Below, in pieces: positions 59,165 through 64,000 of a stretch of 64,000 bases of DNA. The position numbers and the translations under genes were made by a program. The stretch spans positions 310,001 to 374,000 of the forward strand of contig OZ037843.1 of the NCBI GenBank assembly GCA_964035575.1. The letters run 5' to 3'. Origin of the DNA: Rhynchopus sp. YZ270_cl-10 (taxonomy: Eukaryota). The notes below the pieces were generated by a model that was not told the origin of the DNA, ran no database searches, and was given only the letters and a program-made list of their open reading frames with translations. Every line of letters begins with the position of its first letter. Position 1 is the first letter of the stretch.

Positions 59165-61225
59165 TCAATCGCTGTACATTGGCCCGATGTTCGCAGCCTT
59201 GTATACACCTTGGCGCACAGCATACGCAGAGAGCACCTGCTGTAGCGATGTAGGTAGCGCTGTGCCCTCGGGAGGCTCGAACAGACACATCACATCCTCA
59301 CGCACAGCCTCTTCGCACAGCGTCCAGCTGCGACGCACTGTCTCCCCCATCACCGTCACAAAGCGCTGTCTGCGTGCCCCCACATCACCATGCTGGATCA
59401 ACCCGCTTGCGAGACCGATGCTGGACAGGATGCACTTTGCAAGCATGCGTTGTGCAAAGCGGACTGCGTTCTCCATGTGTGCAGGGGCAGAGCGGGTCAC
59501 GTTCCACGACACACAGACACGGCTGCCAAGGAGCGTCACCAGGCTGCCTCTGCTTTGCTCGAGTGAGGCGGAAAGTGTGGCAAGCCCTGTGTTGAGCTCG
59601 TCGAGGAGTGTTGTGCTGTGTTCATCTTCGACAGCAATGTTGCCCACACCGACAGTGCCGAGGACCTGGCGTGACGGTGTGGGGTGTGCCGACATCAGAG
59701 ACAGCCCGGAGTGCAGAGACATGGTCCGCAAGCGGTAGCTCTCCACGCTCTCTGCAGCAGGCTCACGCAGTGGGCACTTCCCCCGTCTCTCCAAAGGTGC
59801 AGGCCATACAGGACACACCATGGCCAGACCAGACACACCCTTCAGTTCAAGTGCCTCCGTCTCACCCACAACACCATTGCACGCAGCACAGTCAGACCTG
59901 TACACATCTGAACGCACAGCAACAGCTCCAGGCTTGCAGGCGCTTTCAAGGCGTGCTGCAACGTTGACAGTGTGTCCGAAGTAGTCTGTTCGTCCAGTGA
60001 GTGCGTTTTGCTCAAGAGTTACAGGGCCGGTGTTGACACCAATGCGCACAGTGAGGCCACCCCACAGAGAGTCTTGTGGTGCGCAGATGGGGACCTCAAG
60101 CAGCGACGCAGGCCAGTCTGCTGCGAGCAGCTTCTCGTGTACCTGCAGAGCAAAGTTTATCCCGTCTGCTGTTGTCTCGAAGGCAATCATGAAGGCGTCA
60201 CCTATCGTCTTCACCTCGTACCCGCCGAACAGGGCCATCACTTCACGCATGACACGGTTGTGTATCTTCAGGCCGGCACGCATCCCGTCCGGTGCGTTCT
60301 CCCAGATCGACGTCGAGGCACGGATGTCTGTGAACACGATCGTTGCTGTCTCGCTTGCTACACCGGGGGCTGTCATGGACACACGGAGCGCCTCGCTGTC
60401 GTCCTCCTCAAACAGCGCAGCAGGGAGGTAGGGGCGGTACTTCCGCAGGTTCTCCTCCAACGTCTGCAGCGTTGCGTGCATCTCCTCTGGGAGCTGCACC
60501 CGTTGCGCCTCGAGCAGCTCCGCCACCCCTTCCACATCATACCCAGCCAGGAGGGACGCGATGTCCTGCACCGCCTTTATCGTACTCTCCATAGACGACT
60601 GCTCTTTTAGCACTTCACGGGCAAAGCCTCGCGTTGCGATGAAATCAGTCACAAAAACCTGCAAAGGAGTGATCAACGCCTGCCACGACGAATGTGGACA
60701 CGGCTGGTTCTCACAGTCGAACCTCCTTTCGAACTCCTCCCTCCGCTCCTCTGCGGAGGGCAGCCACGGGGCGTTGAACATCCCCCACCTCCACCGCTCT
60801 TCCGTCCACACCACTATCAGATACACCACGGTGCACGATACTAACACCACGCAATACTTCGCGTCCACCTGCATCACCAACAGAAAGTCCACCACAAGAA
60901 CCAACGCACCCCAAAACGCTTCATGAAGCGACCGTGCAGCGAAATCTGCAAACAGGCATGTAACCCCGTAAATATACGCTGTGGTAACTATGACCATGGT
61001 GGTAACTTTAAACCCGGAAAGTACCAGAATTACTCCGGCAGCTGACGTGATCGTTCCGATCAGGCATGCGACCCAATAAGTCAGTACGCCGCCTGCGTGC
61101 ACCCCTACCCCCAACCCCGATACCGCCAACAGGGCAACGCTGATTGCAAAGAAAAGATACCGCCGTCGTCGCTCCTCTTTGTTCAGTGTACCCCCTAAGG
61201 TGAGAGCGTTATCTAGATAGCGCAT
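59165..61225 (-). CDS. Multi-pass membrane class III adenylate cyclase with C-terminal degenerate cyclase domain
   Basis: 686-aa paralog of 19763..21871 with the same catalytic motifs (FTDI, EVKTIGDAF, DYFGHTVNVAARLES). Confidence 0.93.
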   Translation of the reverse strand: MRYLDNALTLGGTLNKEERRRRYLFFAISVALLAVSGLGVGVHAGGVLTYWVACLIGTITSAAGVILVLSGFKVTTMVIVTTAYIYGVTCLFADFAARSLHEAFWGALVLVVDFLLVMQVDAKYCVVLVSCTVVYLIVVWTEERWRWGMFNAPWLPSAEERREEFERRFDCENQPCPHSSWQALITPLQVFVTDFIATRGFAREVLKEQSSMESTIKAVQDIASLLAGYDVEGVAELLEAQRVQLPEEMHATLQTLEENLRKYRPYLPAALFEEDDSEALRVSMTAPGVASETATIVFTDIRASTSIWENAPDGMRAGLKIHNRVMREVMALFGGYEVKTIGDAFMIAFETTADGINFALQVHEKLLAADWPASLLEVPICAPQDSLWGGLTVRIGVNTGPVTLEQNALTGRTDYFGHTVNVAARLESACKPGAVAVRSDVYRSDCAACNGVVGETEALELKGVSGLAMVCPVWPAPLERRGKCPLREPAAESVESYRLRTMSLHSGLSLMSAHPTPSRQVLGTVGVGNIAVEDEHSTTLLDELNTGLATLSASLEQSRGSLVTLLGSRVCVSWNVTRSAPAHMENAVRFAQRMLAKCILSSIGLASGLIQHGDVGARRQRFVTVMGETVRRSWTLCEEAVREDVMCLFEPPEGTALPTSLQQVLSAYAVRQGVYKAANIGPMYSD

Positions 61226-61613
61226 GAGGGAGGAGGAGGAATGGGGGAAGGAAAATAAGGAAAAAAAAAAGGGGGGAAAAAAGTTTTTGTGAGAATGAAC
61301 CGAAGTATCTAAAGCAACGTAGCTGAAAAAATGATGCTATAAAGAGAAGGGGGAACCTTGAAAAGGTGATATGTGTGAAATGTGCCTCTCGTGTGCACAC
61401 AGTGATTTTCCAAAAGGGAAAGAGAGAGAGATAAATAAATTGTTGTGTGTGTGGGGAGGGGAGAAAAAGAATTTCTGTTTGGGTGGGGAGAAAAAAATGG
61501 GAGGGTTGCTTGAGTGAAGGTGTGTGTTGTAAAGCAGTGGTGGGGGGGTCGGGGTGGGGGAGTACTGTTGAGATGGGTATTGCTGAAAAATAGGAACGTA
61601 ATGTGGGAGGTTG

Positions 61614-61980
61614 TACGAGGGTGGAGTAAATGAGTTTGGCTTTTGTGGTTTTACGCTTGGTTTTCACCGTAGCAAGACAACGGCGAAAACCACAAATATA
61701 ACCACAAAGTCACATCAGTTACCGTGTTCATACAAATTATCGACCGTACTAATGTCTGACCTTTTCAGAATTTTTTCTGGAAGTTCGCCCTTTTTTACGG
61801 TCGATAAGTTGTGCGAACACGGTAACTGATGTGACTTTGTGGTTTTATTTGTGGTTTTCACCGTTGTCTTGCAATGGTGAAGCCAAAAATGCTCGACGGT
61901 TGTTTGTTATTCGCTTCCACCATACTTTGTGTTTACTACAAGTAAAACCACAAGTCAAATCATTTACTTCACCGTCATGT
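61614..61980. mobile_element. Foldback, mariner-like MITE
   Basis: Arms ~61658-61749 and ~61796-61888 are near-complementary, and complementarity resumes at 61621-61652 / 61942-61972. The left end reads TACGAGGGTG. Confidence 0.7.
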
Positions 61981-62922
61981 GCTGTGGGTGGAGGGAAGGT
62001 GGAAAGGTGTACCCCCAGTGGGCGAAGTTGTCAAATAAAAAGTGAAGTTGACAGTGCAAAACACCTGGCACTGACGCTCCGCAGGGTTGTCGAACCCCAG
62101 GAGGTGTTGCGCTTGGGAGTTGCTGCTTCCTAACTGTTCACAAAAGTAGTGCAGCTTTCCAAGGTGGCTAACCATGTCCCCGCTCGAAGCGTTTCAAGGG
62201 TCAGCGCGCCTTTCAAAAAGAGACGACTACGTCATCCGGGGCCAGTGGAAATGGTCAACAGGATAGCCAATGTGTTACCACTCATTCTCTGCATTCAGGT
62301 AGCGGAATGTTCACGCTTTCCCTTTCGGCAATCCTACAACGAAGCACCGAGATGCGACATCGTAGCTTTGAGGCGAGCAATTACACCTTGCCTTAGGACC
62401 GACTGATCCACGTCCAAATGCTGTTGACGCACATCGCAGTTTAGACAAGCAAGGGGGTGCTACTCATTATGATGGCAAATCCGCCTTCTGTGTGTCTTGC
62501 CAGTCAGCAACCTCCACCTAGCACAGAATCAGACGTTGTGTTTTGCACTCAAGCGTCGCTGAAAGCAAAGACGGGTTGCAGAGAACATCACCCCAGGATA
62601 CGCCCTGCACATTCCATCATCAGTGTCTCCCCCACCATGCTGAAACGGCATCACCTCACAACCTATGCCACGCAACACCTAGGTCCATGTTGTCCTGTCC
62701 ACCTCCATGTGTTTCGGATCAGAAGCGTGGCAGCGTGCAGTGTTGAGGTTGGCATACGATGCACACTGCGATATATTGAACCCTCCTCCAGGCCTTCAGA
62801 AGAACAGTTCTAAGGAACTGCGAGAACTGCCCCCCCCTCATATTACCCCCATACACACACACACACATTGGGGCCATATTCTGAGCAAGAATTACCCCTA
62901 CTAGTTTTCAAACACACACACC

Positions 62923-64000
62923 TCACGTCAGCGGACGCACCATCTCCCTACGTAGTGCAGGGAACCCCTCTTCGTCGTACACCGCCTTGGTCACCCAAGT
63001 GTCCTGATGCGTCGAGAGGCTGCACACGATGGACCCACCAATCCAGGCAAGGAACTCACGCTCGGGGGACTCCGTGATGTACGATTTGGTCATGTGTGAG
63101 AAGGACGACTGCACCTTGTCGTGCACACGGTCACCATAGCCCGGGAGCAGTGTCGTGGCCCCTGAGACCACTACACGACGGACCACATCACGCCGCACGT
63201 CTATCTCGCATGCATTGAGAGCGTCCTCCAACACGTCCATTGTGCGGCCCGTGTCACTTTCAAAGAGCACTTCTGCAGCATCGAAGCGTTCTGCACCCAC
63301 ATCAATGCACCGTCCGTCAGGTAACGTATGCTGTACGGCATCCTGCTGTGTGCTTTGGTACGGCTGTGATAGGGGAGAAAAAGGCAGAATGATTTTCATA
63401 TACTTTCCAAGAAAAACACAGAAAAAAAATGCCGAGGCCACACAGATGCAGAAATCGTGGAGGTCCCTTTTCAGAGCTCTTTTGAATATTTTTTTCGACA
63501 GCTTTTTTTAAAAAATGATTTCTCCTTCCGAGCCATCTGCCACATACCCCTGCAATCCTGCACACCGCCTCTTTAGCCCCACGCGCTGCAGAAGAGTCGA
63601 GCACGACGCCACGCTCCGCAAGCAGAGCCTGGAGACGGTTCGTCACATCCTCACCTCCTGTACGCACATTCCGACTCTCTGCTATGACACCGTCGTGCAC
63701 ACAGCTGATGTGTGTTATGTGTGTACCTACGTCAATCACCACACCCGTCGTCCTGCCACTACAACACAACGCTAGAGCCGCCTCTCCGTGCATCGCAAAC
63801 CCTGGTACACGAAACGTTTCGTACATCAGCTCAGCGTATTTCTCCCGCTGCTCCCAGGTCCACCCTGGGGCGTCAACGAGCATGACCTGATGATCCTCAG
63901 CCGCGACCCTCATATCACGCTCAAAGGTGTCCCTCCATAAGGCTTCGATGTCTTCCCAGTTGCCTACAAACCCTCCAGCGTCTATAGGGTGGCGGAGACT
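62923..64000 (-). CDS. Divergent actin-related protein (5' end off window; exons 63548..>64000 and 62923..63363)
   Basis: Actin motifs NWEDIEALW, REKYAELMYETFRVP, SGRTTGVVIDVG, HTLPDG, VVSGATTLLPG, PEREFLAWIGGSI and YDEEG. Removing the 184-bp phase-0 intron 63364-63547 (GTATGT...TCTCCCCTATCACAG) joins the two ORFs in frame. Confidence 0.92.

Overview
Eukaryotic, intron-poor genomic DNA, most consistent with a euglenozoan (diplonemid-like) protist. This assignment is inferred from gene content and the strictly one-strand gene organisation. All 12 recognisable host genes lie on the minus strand: three multi-pass membrane class III adenylate cyclases (each complete one followed by a second, degenerate cyclase domain), a cytochrome P450, a stand-alone LRR protein, a five-copy tandem array of large type I surface proteins, a secreted GH3 beta-glucosidase and a divergent actin-related gene with one GT-AG intron. 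The surface proteins carry six Cys-rich CUB-like modules, a Pro/Thr mucin stalk, a TM helix and a short tail; the copies are hypervariable and mosaic, and two are disrupted. Intergenic DNA is dense with transposon derivatives, several supported by TIR+TSD and by paralogous empty sites within the window (piggyBac, hAT, Tc1/mariner/pogo MITEs). The most unusual structures are a 6.1-kb element with split direct repeats and a recombinase-style AAATAA core (Ngaro/TATE/VIPER-like architecture, no recognisable enzymes), an (AC)n-targeting insertion family, and a three-block CAGT-based satellite inside a putative transposon.
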